This document shows positions 9,361-18,168 of a DNA stretch of 64,000 nucleotides, piece by piece. The stretch is from contig CBDFIQ010000002.1 of assembly GCA_965248195.1 (NCBI GenBank), forward strand, positions 3,264,001 to 3,328,000, in the 5' to 3' direction. The translations under genes and the position numbers were made by a program. Under the pieces are notes generated by a model. It was given only the letters and a program-made list of their open reading frames with translations, had not been told where the DNA came from and ran no database searches. This DNA is from Longimicrobiales bacterium (GTDB taxonomy: Bacteria > Gemmatimonadota > Gemmatimonadetes > Longimicrobiales > Gaopeijiaceae). Position 1 is the stretch's first letter, and every line of letters begins with the position of its first letter.

Positions 9361-10458
9361 ATGGGAGAGGGATTCCTCAGCTCTGAGGAGTACGACGAAC
9401 AGGCTCACCAACTATACAACAGTGGCGATTACGAAGGGGCCCTCGAGATGCTCAAAGAGGGCCTCTCACTTTATCCCAATGCGGTTGAGCTCTGCGTGGG
9501 CATGGGCTACGCCCGCCTCGCGAGGGAGGAGTACGCATGGGCGCGCAAGGCGTTCGACCGTGCGCTCGTTCTCGACCAAGGGCATGAGGACGCCCTTGTC
9601 GGGCTGGGCGAGACTCTTCTCCGCTTCGGTGAGCGCGACGCCGCGCTAGCGCTGTTCGAGCGGGTCGCGGGGTTGGGGTTCGAGGATGACGTGGAATTGA
9701 TGCTCACCATGGGGCGGGCGCTCTATCGTGAAAGCCTCTACGCCGAAAGCCGGGATGTGTTCGCCAAGGCTTCCGCCGCCCGCCCGGAAAGTGCGGAGGT
9801 CGCGGCATCGCTCGGTTACGCACTACATCGGCTGGGCGATGAGGTAGGGGCCGGGCGTCAAATCCGGAGATCTCTCCGCCTCGATCCTGACCTCCATGAG
9901 GCCAGGATCTACCTCGGCCATCTCCTGTACGATCGGGGGGACTGGGAGGGGGCGCTGCGCGAGTTCGAGCGCGTGCCGCCACCCGATCACTGGGACGGAT
10001 TGGCGATTTGGCGTCTCGTGGAGCTCAAACGAGCGCTCTGGCATGTGGAAGACGGGGACGAGCGGGTGGTGCCCTGGCAAAAGCGCCTGGACGAACTCGA
10101 AGCGCTACATGATCCCATCGACCGCCTACTTGCCGAGGTCGAAGCAGAGGTCGACGGCAGTGAGCGATCACTGGTCGACCCGAGTCAGCTTGAACTCTTC
10201 GAGCGGGGTGAACGAAGGGGCGCGACGGAGTCGCACGAGGTCCGGTTGGGAAATGGACATCTGTTCCGCGGAACATGGTACGGTATCGTGCGCCAGATGC
10301 GAGATCAGGCTGGGTTCTCCCATGAAACTCTGTCCCAGTACATGAGACGGCTAGCTGAGCGTTGGCACGAACAGCTTGCCGTGGAGATTCCCTTTGCCGA
10401 TCCCGAGAGCTTTCTCGAGGCCGCCATCCGCGCCGGCGTCGTGTATCTCGAAGACTGA
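9361..10458 (+). CDS. TPR-repeat protein with unassigned C-terminal domain
   Basis: Multiple TPR-like helical repeats; AAGGAG RBS. Confidence 0.85.
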   Translation: MGEGFLSSEEYDEQAHQLYNSGDYEGALEMLKEGLSLYPNAVELCVGMGYARLAREEYAWARKAFDRALVLDQGHEDALVGLGETLLRFGERDAALALFERVAGLGFEDDVELMLTMGRALYRESLYAESRDVFAKASAARPESAEVAASLGYALHRLGDEVGAGRQIRRSLRLDPDLHEARIYLGHLLYDRGDWEGALREFERVPPPDHWDGLAIWRLVELKRALWHVEDGDERVVPWQKRLDELEALHDPIDRLLAEVEAEVDGSERSLVDPSQLELFERGERRGATESHEVRLGNGHLFRGTWYGIVRQMRDQAGFSHETLSQYMRRLAERWHEQLAVEIPFADPESFLEAAIRAGVVYLED

Positions 10459-10466
10459 GACGCACA

Positions 10467-11219
10467 ATGTCACAGTCTGGCGATGTTCTGGAGCGATTCG
10501 TCGAGGCACTCGTACAGCAGATCACCGCTACCCGTCCGGAGTACCTGACTGCTCCCTTTGCGGTTGCGGAAATCTATCAGGACCTCGTTCCGTATCGGTC
10601 CCACCGGAATGCGATCGGGGTCGAAATGAACGGGGATTACGAGGACGCCCTCCTGCGGATGCTCTCCGGCGAGGGCGACTACCTCGTGCTCGACTCCGAG
10701 GTGGCCCTGGGAGAGATGCAGGCGGAGCTCGCCAGGCCGAATCCCAACACGGCTCTGTTCCATGAGTTTGCGGCCGTGGACGTGCGTTTGCATCCCAGCC
10801 GGGTGCCCGTGGGCGCCGGCGACCGACCTAAAGTCCACGCCGAGGTGGAGGCCGATGGGCCGTCGGCCGAACCAGCAGCTTCGAACCCGAGCGAAGCCGA
10901 GCCAGCAAAGCCCTCGAGGCCTGAAGCCGGAGGGTCCGGCGAGGATGGCGTGGTGGGTCACATTGAGACGGCTTCTTCTCCACCTCTGGCGTCGGTAGAG
11001 GCGGCGGCACCCCACGGGCCCGATTCGGCGCATGCCGAATCCGGCGATGTAATGACCGTGTGTCACTGGTGCCGTGAGGATCTTCCGGTGCGAGACTCCA
11101 TTCATTTTTGTCCGTTCTGCGGCAGTGACCTCCGCCCATCCCCGTGTCGCGAGTGTGGCGAAGCGATGGAGGCTCGGTGGCAGTTCTGTGTTTCCTGTGG
11201 GACCGACGTACGTGGTTAG
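10467..11219 (+). CDS. Double zinc-ribbon domain protein
   Basis: CHWC, CPFCG, CRECG, CVSCG at the C-terminus; start taken at MSQS. Confidence 0.75.
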   Translation: MSQSGDVLERFVEALVQQITATRPEYLTAPFAVAEIYQDLVPYRSHRNAIGVEMNGDYEDALLRMLSGEGDYLVLDSEVALGEMQAELARPNPNTALFHEFAAVDVRLHPSRVPVGAGDRPKVHAEVEADGPSAEPAASNPSEAEPAKPSRPEAGGSGEDGVVGHIETASSPPLASVEAAAPHGPDSAHAESGDVMTVCHWCREDLPVRDSIHFCPFCGSDLRPSPCRECGEAMEARWQFCVSCGTDVRG

Positions 11220-11664
11220 ACAGATCGGAGCTCTCACCTGCCTGGTGGTCTTGGGGTGTGGGATCGAACCGAAGACGCCTCCCGAAGCGGTCGACGAGGC
11301 CAGCATGGATCCCCACGCGGCGATCGCCGCCAGTGCACAGGTCGTTCAGCTATCCGGAGGCCGAGACGTGGAGCATGTCGTCCCGCCCCACCTCGAGATC
11401 GAGAGGGGAGAATGGGTGCAATTCGTAACGCTCGACCGGCGTGTTCACACGGTGTCCTTCGTAGCTGACTCTCTTTCCACTGAGGCCTTCGAGTACCTGT
11501 CCGACACCGGGCAGCTCCAGGGCCCCCCGCTGCTCGCTCGCGGGAATCGATTCCTCGTCGATTTCCGGAACGCGCCCGCGGGTCGGTATGTTTTCTCGAG
11601 CGCCAGCCACGGAGACCCCGTCTTTGGCAGTGTAACCGTCCGGGAGCCTTCGGTGGAACGGTAG
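11212..11664 (+). CDS. Cupredoxin-fold lipoprotein (degenerate copper site)
   Basis: Lipobox VLGC; P.HLEI..GE.V.F, HTV.F, P.GRY.F...HG pattern. Confidence 0.55.
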   Translation: MVRQIGALTCLVVLGCGIEPKTPPEAVDEASMDPHAAIAASAQVVQLSGGRDVEHVVPPHLEIERGEWVQFVTLDRRVHTVSFVADSLSTEAFEYLSDTGQLQGPPLLARGNRFLVDFRNAPAGRYVFSSASHGDPVFGSVTVREPSVER

Positions 11665-11702
11665 CTTCGACTCGCCGCACACGAATCAGGGGAGGGGGTA
11701 AG

Positions 11703-12923
11703 GTGGGAACGCAAGGACACGCCAAGGACATCGTCGTTCTCTCGGGAAAGAGGACTCCGTTCGGAACCTTCGGTGGAAGCCTCAAGAGCTTCACGGCGAC
11801 AGATCTCGGGGTTTTCTCGAGTGTCGCCGCCATCGAGGCCGCTGGCGTGGCGCCGGACCAGATCGATCACACCTTCATCGGGAACGCTCTCCAAACCTCT
11901 TCGGACGCGATCTACCTCGCACGACACGTCGCACTACGGTCCGGCATTCCCCAGGAAAGTCCGGCGTTGACCATCAACAGGCTGTGCGGATCCGGGTTCG
12001 AAGCGATCGTACAAGGAGCCAAAGAAATTCTCCTTGGGGGGGCTCAGGTGACGCTGTGCGGTGGTACGGAGTCCATGAGCCAGGCCCCCCACGTCGTGCG
12101 CGGCGCGCGCTGGGGCCAGCTTCGCCTTGGACCAGCTGGGAACTCCTTCGAGGACCTCCTTTGGGAGTCCCTCAGTGACTCCAACTGCGATATGACGATG
12201 GCGCAGACTGCGGAGGAGCTGGCGGAGCGCTACGACGTGACCCGTGAGGAAGCCGATCAAGTGGCCGTCCGTAGCCAGCAGCGCGCCAAGGCGGCGTGGG
12301 ACAGTGGCCACTTTACGGCAGAGATCACTCCCGTCGTAATCAAGAGCCGAAAGGGCGAAAAGGAGTTCGCGCACGACGAGCACATGCGGCCCGACACGAC
12401 GCTTGAAGCGCTGAGTGGACTTCGCCCGTATTTCAAGGAGGATGGTCTAGTGACCGCCGGCAACGCCAGCGGGATCGGCGATGGAGCGGCGAGCGCTGTC
12501 GTGGTGGATGCGGATTGGGCCGATCAACACGGGATAGAGCCGCTCGGCCGCATCGTGTCCTGGGGATTCACCGGGGTCGAGCCGCGCGTCATGGGCATCG
12601 GTCCGGCGCCGGCCTCCCGTCTCGCTCTCGAAAAGGCGGGGTTGAGCTTGGACGATATGGACCTCGTGGAGGTGAACGAGGCGTTCGCGGGCCAATACAT
12701 GGCCGTCGAGAAGGAGCTCGGACTCGATCCGGTGATCACGAACGTGAACGGGGGAGCGATCGCGATCACTCATCCCCTCGCGGCGTCCGGGGCGCGAATC
12801 ACGATCCACCTTCTCCACGAGCTGAGGCGGAGGGGTGCGCGGTACGGCCTCGGGGCAGCCTGCATCGGTGGGGGGCAGGGGGGGGCGGTGGTCGTGGAGG
12901 CCCTTTCCAACGGGGACGGGTAG
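11703..12923 (+). CDS. Acetyl-CoA C-acyltransferase (thiolase)
   Basis: NRLCGSG, NEAFA, GGAIAITHPLAASGAR, ACIGGGQG motifs. Confidence 0.95.
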   Translation: MGTQGHAKDIVVLSGKRTPFGTFGGSLKSFTATDLGVFSSVAAIEAAGVAPDQIDHTFIGNALQTSSDAIYLARHVALRSGIPQESPALTINRLCGSGFEAIVQGAKEILLGGAQVTLCGGTESMSQAPHVVRGARWGQLRLGPAGNSFEDLLWESLSDSNCDMTMAQTAEELAERYDVTREEADQVAVRSQQRAKAAWDSGHFTAEITPVVIKSRKGEKEFAHDEHMRPDTTLEALSGLRPYFKEDGLVTAGNASGIGDGAASAVVVDADWADQHGIEPLGRIVSWGFTGVEPRVMGIGPAPASRLALEKAGLSLDDMDLVEVNEAFAGQYMAVEKELGLDPVITNVNGGAIAITHPLAASGARITIHLLHELRRRGARYGLGAACIGGGQGGAVVVEALSNGDG

Positions 12924-13801
12924 TGGACATCGAAAAGGTAGGCGTAGTCGGATGCGGGCTCATGGGCAGTGGGATCGCCGAAGTCGCGGCGAAGGCGAGC
13001 TTCGACGTCGTCGTGCGAGAGGTCAGTGATGACCTGATCGAGGCCGGCCGGGTGCGGATCCGGAAATCGCTCGACCGGGCAGTAGAGAGGGGGAAACTCA
13101 CGGTGGCCGACCGTGACGCGGCATGGAGTAGTCTCCGTTTTTCGACGGAGCTCTCGGCTTTGGCTGATCGCCATCTCGTGATCGAGGCAATCGTAGAGGA
13201 AGTCGCGGCGAAGAACGAGCTGTTTTCGGCTCTGGATGAACTTTGTGGGCCCGAGACGATTTTCGCTTCCAACACATCTTCTCTGACGATCACCGATATG
13301 GCGGCGGCGAGCGGACGGCCGGATCGTATGGTCGGCCTCCACTTCTTCAATCCGGTCCCCGTCATGGAGCTGGTGGAGGTCGTGCGCACCATCGCGACGA
13401 GCGACGAAGCGTTCAGCGCGGCGTATTCGTTTGCCGAGACGCTAGGCAAGAAGCCGATTACGGCGAAGGACAACTCTGGCTTCGTGGTGAACTTGCTCCT
13501 GGTGCCCTATATGCTCGACGCCATCCGACAGCTCGAGCGCGGCGTGGCCTCGATGGAGGATATCGATCGGGCGATGACGCTCGGACTGGGGCATCCCATG
13601 GGTCCGTTTACTCTTTGCGACTTCGTCGGGATCGATACGGTCTACCGTATCTCGGAGATCATGTTCGACGAGTATCGAGAGGGCCGATACGCGCCTCCTC
13701 CGCTTCTAAAGCGGATGGTCTCGATGGGGCGGTTCGGCCGGAAGAGGGGAAAAGGGTTCTACGATTGGTCCGGAGAAAAGCCGATTCCCCTGCCGCCCTG
13801 A
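12923..13801 (+). CDS. 3-hydroxybutyryl/3-hydroxyacyl-CoA dehydrogenase
   Basis: GCGLMGSGIA, SNTSSL, GLHFFNPVP, HPMGP; GTG overlaps the thiolase stop. Confidence 0.93.
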   Translation: MDIEKVGVVGCGLMGSGIAEVAAKASFDVVVREVSDDLIEAGRVRIRKSLDRAVERGKLTVADRDAAWSSLRFSTELSALADRHLVIEAIVEEVAAKNELFSALDELCGPETIFASNTSSLTITDMAAASGRPDRMVGLHFFNPVPVMELVEVVRTIATSDEAFSAAYSFAETLGKKPITAKDNSGFVVNLLLVPYMLDAIRQLERGVASMEDIDRAMTLGLGHPMGPFTLCDFVGIDTVYRISEIMFDEYREGRYAPPPLLKRMVSMGRFGRKRGKGFYDWSGEKPIPLPP

Positions 13802-13832
13802 GGGGGGATCATGAATGAAGCTCTTCGGTCCG

Positions 13833-14027
13833 CTAAACCTTGCCGCGGCGCTGGCGCCGCCGTTCGCGCCGAATGGCCGCCTCGCGCTTCCGCTTCCGCT
13901 GGGCGCTGGGCTTCTCGTAGAAGCGACGCTTCCGTAGTTCCGAGTAGAGACCCGACCGCTGCACCTTACGCTTGAAGCGGCGAAGCGCCCGCTCGAGGCT
14001 CTCGTTGTCTTGAATAGTTACTTCCAA
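13833..14027 (-). CDS. rpsU: 30S ribosomal protein S21
   Basis: [13 protein letters not shown]...RRFYEKPS. Confidence 0.97.
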   Translation of the reverse strand: MEVTIQDNESLERALRRFKRKVQRSGLYSELRKRRFYEKPSAQRKRKREAAIRRERRRQRRGKV

Positions 14028-14135
14028 AGGACGACAACTCCCTTACTGTGCGATCGAATACTGGTCGATTGAACCCGAATTGACCCGAAAATCCAACCTC
14101 CGACCAAGACTCCAAGGATAGTGGCTACGGCCGAA

Positions 14136-14930
14136 TCAGGGAAGCCTTCGTTCACGGTGGAGGGTGTGCGTGTAGATCACGTACTCCTCCCTGTTGGCGA
14201 GGAAGTCCTCGACCCACACCTCGAACGGTGGCATGGGAATTCGTGCCTCGATGTACTCGATGACGAGCATGCCCAGCTGTAAACGATCCTTGGCGCCGAA
14301 ATCCACTCGTTGGCCCTCCAGAATCGAGTCGACCGCCGCCCCGAAGCTCTCGGGGTCGACGAGGGTGATGAAGTGGCAGACCTGATCGAGCCGGTAGGAC
14401 TGATAGAGAGACCGTAGTTCTGCACTATCCGACTCCCCCTCGGCGTCATCCAGACGCTCCTCGCTGGACGCCGAGAGCTCCCTCGAATTTTCCAGTAGCA
14501 GCTTCTTGAACCACCGGCGGGTCTTGGGAGATTGACGGGCCTCGGCCCCTTGCAACGTGTGCAAGGAGGACGAGAGCAACGCCCTGAAGAGCGGCCGCCC
14601 CAGCCCGCGGGCCTTATGGTCAATCTCCGCCTCGGATGCCTCGATGAATATGTCGGCGGTGCGCACCTCGTCTGATTCCCCGTCGCTGTCCTGCGGGCGG
14701 AACGCGAGATGTCCGTGCCACTGGCCGTCCCGACCGACGAAGGTCACGAGAAAACAGGACCAGGTTTCCTGTTCCCAGTCCAGAAATCCGAGCGATCGCC
14801 TACGGCATCGGTCGATGAGAGCGTGTTCGGTCAAGTCGTCGATCGGGTAGAGGGTACGATACCGAAGTCGGTCTTCAAGACCCCGGGGGAAAATGCGGTC
14901 GTGCCGTGGCGCAGGCAAGCAAAGATCCAA
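14136..14930 (-). CDS. Hypothetical protein, two-domain B-A architecture (see findings)
   Basis: Shares motifs with 16091-16701 and 17392-17740; true start may be downstream (near 14834). Confidence 0.75.
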   Translation of the reverse strand: MDLCLPAPRHDRIFPRGLEDRLRYRTLYPIDDLTEHALIDRCRRRSLGFLDWEQETWSCFLVTFVGRDGQWHGHLAFRPQDSDGESDEVRTADIFIEASEAEIDHKARGLGRPLFRALLSSSLHTLQGAEARQSPKTRRWFKKLLLENSRELSASSEERLDDAEGESDSAELRSLYQSYRLDQVCHFITLVDPESFGAAVDSILEGQRVDFGAKDRLQLGMLVIEYIEARIPMPPFEVWVEDFLANREEYVIYTHTLHRERRLP

Positions 14931-14957
14931 CCCTGGTAGACGGATCCGTCGAGCTTC

Positions 14958-14987
14958 TTGCCAGAACCGTAAACATATTGTTATCGT
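14958..14987 (+). promoter_or_regulatory. Candidate sigma70 promoter
   Basis: TTGCCA-18 bp-TATCGT with extended -10 TG. Confidence 0.45.
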
Positions 14988-15063
14988 GGAGGAATCAGAG
15001 TCTAAGAATTGAGCATTCCCGCATTACAAAGCCTTTTATGGATGTTTGTGATGCAGGAGAGTC

Positions 15064-15086
15064 CCGGCAGGAATGCCGGTTTTTTT
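15064..15086 (+). terminator. Intrinsic terminator in the leader of 15146-16075
   Basis: ccggca-ggaa-tgccgg followed by T7. Confidence 0.6.
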
Positions 15087-15145
15087 GCCTCGATTCTCTC
15101 GGAGGGCCGCTTCAAGGGTCGGCCGATTGAGGCAGAGACCGCCCA

Positions 15146-16075
15146 TTGGAGATGAGGAGACAAATGGAGGGGACGGCTTTCTCGCTTCACTCTACGGCCC
15201 GGCCGGAGGCCATGGCTGACGTTCCCGGCGTCTGTGACCTTCCACTGACCAGGGCTGTGGTCCACTACCGCGATCTTCACGAGGTGGATCCGCCAGGCGG
15301 GCGCATCCAGGACATTGGACTCGCCCTCGTACTCGAGGGCCGTTTTGCTTCATCCGCCGAAGTCCTGGATCTGGGAAGCTCCACGGTGAAGATGTTGGAC
15401 TTGAGTTCGGAGCTGGTGGTTCTCGACTGGGTCTATGAGCCGACGCTGAAGCACGTCAATCGTTTGCTCATGGAGAGGGCCCGGGGAGGCGAGGAGGTGG
15501 ACGCGGCTGGGCGGCTGGGAACCTACTCGTTCCAGATGGCTCTGACCTTGCTTGGCCGCCTCGGATACGGGCCGCTCACGCGCCCCACGATTCTCAGGAT
15601 TGGATTCCGAGACATATGCCGGGACCTGGATTTTCACGAGGGGACCGCGGTCCGGATCGTCCTCGGTGAGCATCGGGTTGCACGCGCGCACCTCGACTAT
15701 GACGCGAACTCCTTGGTGTTCAGTACGCCTTCGCCGGAGCCGGATGCCATCCTCGAAGCCGGCGTGCTCGAAGCGTTCCCTCACAGCGACGTCATGCGTC
15801 TCAGTGAGGCCCACAACGGTGGGTCGGTGCAATACCAGGTCCGTCTTTCGTTCCCCGCGACGTTGGCCGAGGCGCGTGGGGAGCTGCGTTCGATCCGGCG
15901 AGGCCTCGGGGGACTGTTGGCCCGCTTCGAGCCAGAGCGCTTCAAGGGGATCGAGCAGCATCTCACCACCTTCGGATCGCGGGACACACTCTCCCAATTC
16001 CATGTCCGGGAGCGACGGAGGAAGGTCGAGGCGCTACGAACCCGTCATGGGGCCGGCGGCGGCACCGTCCACTAG
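15146..16075 (+). CDS. Hypothetical protein, no recognisable family
   Basis: 309-codon ORF with normal globular composition; start may be ATG 15164 (AGGAG RBS). Confidence 0.7.
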   Translation: MEMRRQMEGTAFSLHSTARPEAMADVPGVCDLPLTRAVVHYRDLHEVDPPGGRIQDIGLALVLEGRFASSAEVLDLGSSTVKMLDLSSELVVLDWVYEPTLKHVNRLLMERARGGEEVDAAGRLGTYSFQMALTLLGRLGYGPLTRPTILRIGFRDICRDLDFHEGTAVRIVLGEHRVARAHLDYDANSLVFSTPSPEPDAILEAGVLEAFPHSDVMRLSEAHNGGSVQYQVRLSFPATLAEARGELRSIRRGLGGLLARFEPERFKGIEQHLTTFGSRDTLSQFHVRERRRKVEALRTRHGAGGGTVH

Positions 16076-16090
16076 CCCCGTGGCTACGCC

Positions 16091-16701
16091 ATGATCGTCA
16101 CTCCTGAATTCGCCGGGCTCGACGGGCGAAAGGCGCCACCTGAGCCGGTGGACCGTACCGTTTCGCCGTCCGATCTGGGGGCGTTGAAGGGACACTACGA
16201 GGAGTATTGCCGGCAGCAGGTAACCCTTCTCCTGGAGATCATCCCGCTGGAGGCGGTGAGGCCGCTTTACCGTCGCACGAGGATTTGGGCGACAGAGCGG
16301 GGGCTTCACGACACCAAGGATCCCATGTCGACCCTACGCGTTTTTTGCCGTGAGGTGCTGCCCCTCCACCATTCGAAGTCTGGCTCTTGCATCATGCAAA
16401 CCATCGCGTGGCCCCTGCGGGTGAGGGGGTGGAATGGACGCCTCTAGCCGAGCCGATGGAGCTGGTCGCGGTCGATGTCAGGCGAATGGAGCATGAGTCG
16501 GAGCCGTGGCAGGGAACGCTCGAGGTGTACCGAGGCGGCGATGCGTGGCGGGGGCTCATTCGATTCCAGCGCGAGGGAGAGGAAGGCCACTTCCGCACCA
16601 GCGAAATTTTTTGTGAAGATGACCTCCAAGACCTTCGAAATCGTTTCAATTCGTTCACTGCGCCTACCATGAGCGCATTTCTGCGCTCGACCCTCCCGTA
16701 A
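16091..16701 (+). pseudogene. Hypothetical protein, A-B architecture, split by a 1-nt frameshift near 16366 (pseudogene or sequencing error)
   Basis: A -1 shift at ctc/cca restores LPLPPFEVW and joins ORFs 16091-16447 and 16387-16701. Confidence 0.75.
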
Positions 16702-16985
16702 ACCGAGTTTTTAGTAAAAAACGATCTCGGCAGGGAGTCAAGATTTTGCGGAATCAGTTCTCGTAAGTTCCCATCAGAGTTGAATTTCGCTCCTCCGAAC
16801 ACACGAACCCCGGGGTCCTTCGAGCGTCGAGGAACAGTTGATTTCGAGCCAAATATCGAATTCATAAGTAATTGCTGTGTAATGACTTACATAATTACGT
16901 TGGGTGCACGACATTTTTGATAACAGGCTTGCGCGCGTCGGAAATGACGTGTATGATGGCTTCGCCTCGACTCTGTTGCTTTTCC

Positions 16986-17016
16986 TTGACACTGTCGAAA
17001 TTCACGATGGTACAGT
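16986..17016 (+). promoter_or_regulatory. Candidate sigma70 promoter overlapped by an inverted repeat
   Basis: TTGACA-19 bp-TACAGT (TGn extended -10). Confidence 0.5.
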
Positions 17017-17076
17017 CGATTCTATCGGATCATTTCGTGAATTTTCGAACCATCAAAATCCGGGAGAATTGTGCCC

Positions 17077-17280
17077 ATGTGGGAGACGCGCTCTGTGGAG
17101 ATTACCGTCCGACTTCCCCATGATATTGCAGAGCAGGCCGAGGAGGTGCAGAAGGCGGATCCGGAATTTTTGAGCCGGGTCGTGCTCTACGGTCTCACTC
17201 GCCGATCTATCTATCAGCAGCTGCGCGAGCGCAGCCGGGACCAAGCTTCCCAGGATCTTCCCGCCCCGCGCGCGATGTAA
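17077..17280 (+). CDS. Small ribbon-helix-helix-like protein
   Basis: VEITVRLP beta-strand followed by two helices; GGGAG RBS. Confidence 0.6.
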   Translation: MWETRSVEITVRLPHDIAEQAEEVQKADPEFLSRVVLYGLTRRSIYQQLRERSRDQASQDLPAPRAM

Positions 17281-17391
17281 GGGGCTTGACTCTTCCGCCG
17301 CACCCCAATAATACCTAAGGGCAAGTAGGGCAGGCACTTGCACGTCGCGGGCCGGCGTGCGGGCACGCCTGTACAGTGCTGGGAGGGACGG

Positions 17392-17740
17392 CATGAGCGA
17401 CGCCCGGCCGGAAAAGCCCCAAAAGCTGAGCCCTGATTTGGCGGAACGCGTGCTCCGGGCAAAGTACTTGGACTACTGTTCCTCTCAAATCGCTGAGCAT
17501 CTGCTCCTGCTTTCGCCGGACGAGATCTACGTCCTTGCTCAGGAGGCGCTCCGTGCGGGCGGCCAGAAGAGCGAACCTTCCCACGAGCAGATGGTGCGAT
17601 TGGCCACCGAGGGTGTCGCTCGACGGCTCACGCTCCCTCCGTTCGAAACGTGGGCTGATGAATACGAACGGGACCCCGCCCGGTATGACGATCAGCTGAT
17701 GGGTCTTTGGAAAAGCGAGTTGGAGGACGTACCTGACTAG
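17392..17740 (+). CDS. Hypothetical protein, stand-alone domain A
   Basis: GGGAGG RBS; LRAKYLDYCSSQI...LPPFETW. Confidence 0.75.
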
Positions 17741-18168
17741 AACGGCAGATCGTCATCCGGTTCGGAGATCGGCGGGCCCGGTGACGGGCTGGGATCGCGC
17801 TGAGCGCCTTCGCCGCGGCCACCTCCACCTCCACCGGCGGTGGACCCGAGCATGACCATCTCTGTGACGATGACATCGGTCCAATACCTTTTCTGGCCGT
17901 CCCTTTCGGATTCGGAGTACTCGATACGCCCCTCGACGTAGAGCCGGTCACCCTTCTTTACCCATTGATCGACGATTTCGACGAGGCGACCGAAGAAAGT
18001 CAGACGGTGCCACTCGGTCTTCTCCCTCTGCTGCCCGGAGCCGTCGTTCCACTTGCGGTTGGTGGCCAGGGACACCTTCGCAACTTGGGTGCCCGAAGAG
18101 GTGGCTCGGACGTCAGGGTCGTTTCCCACGTTTCCGATGAGCATGACCTTGTTGAGGGACCGGCTCAT
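17737..18168 (-). CDS. ssb: Single-stranded DNA-binding protein
   Basis: SLNKVMLIGN, EKTEWHR, KG...YVEGR, C-terminal DDDLPF. Confidence 0.97.
   Translation of the reverse strand: MSRSLNKVMLIGNVGNDPDVRATSSGTQVAKVSLATNRKWNDGSGQQREKTEWHRLTFFGRLVEIVDQWVKKGDRLYVEGRIEYSESERDGQKRYWTDVIVTEMVMLGSTAGGGGGGRGEGAQRDPSPSPGPPISEPDDDLPF

Noticed and set aside
16702..17070. AT-rich tract near ssb/recF/gyrB as oriC
   Set aside because: No convincing TTATCCACA DnaA boxes seen and no dnaA nearby; better explained as a promoter region
17286..17370. ncRNA before 17392 (TTGACT plus two small hairpins)
   Set aside because: Weak -10 and short GC stems that are expected by chance
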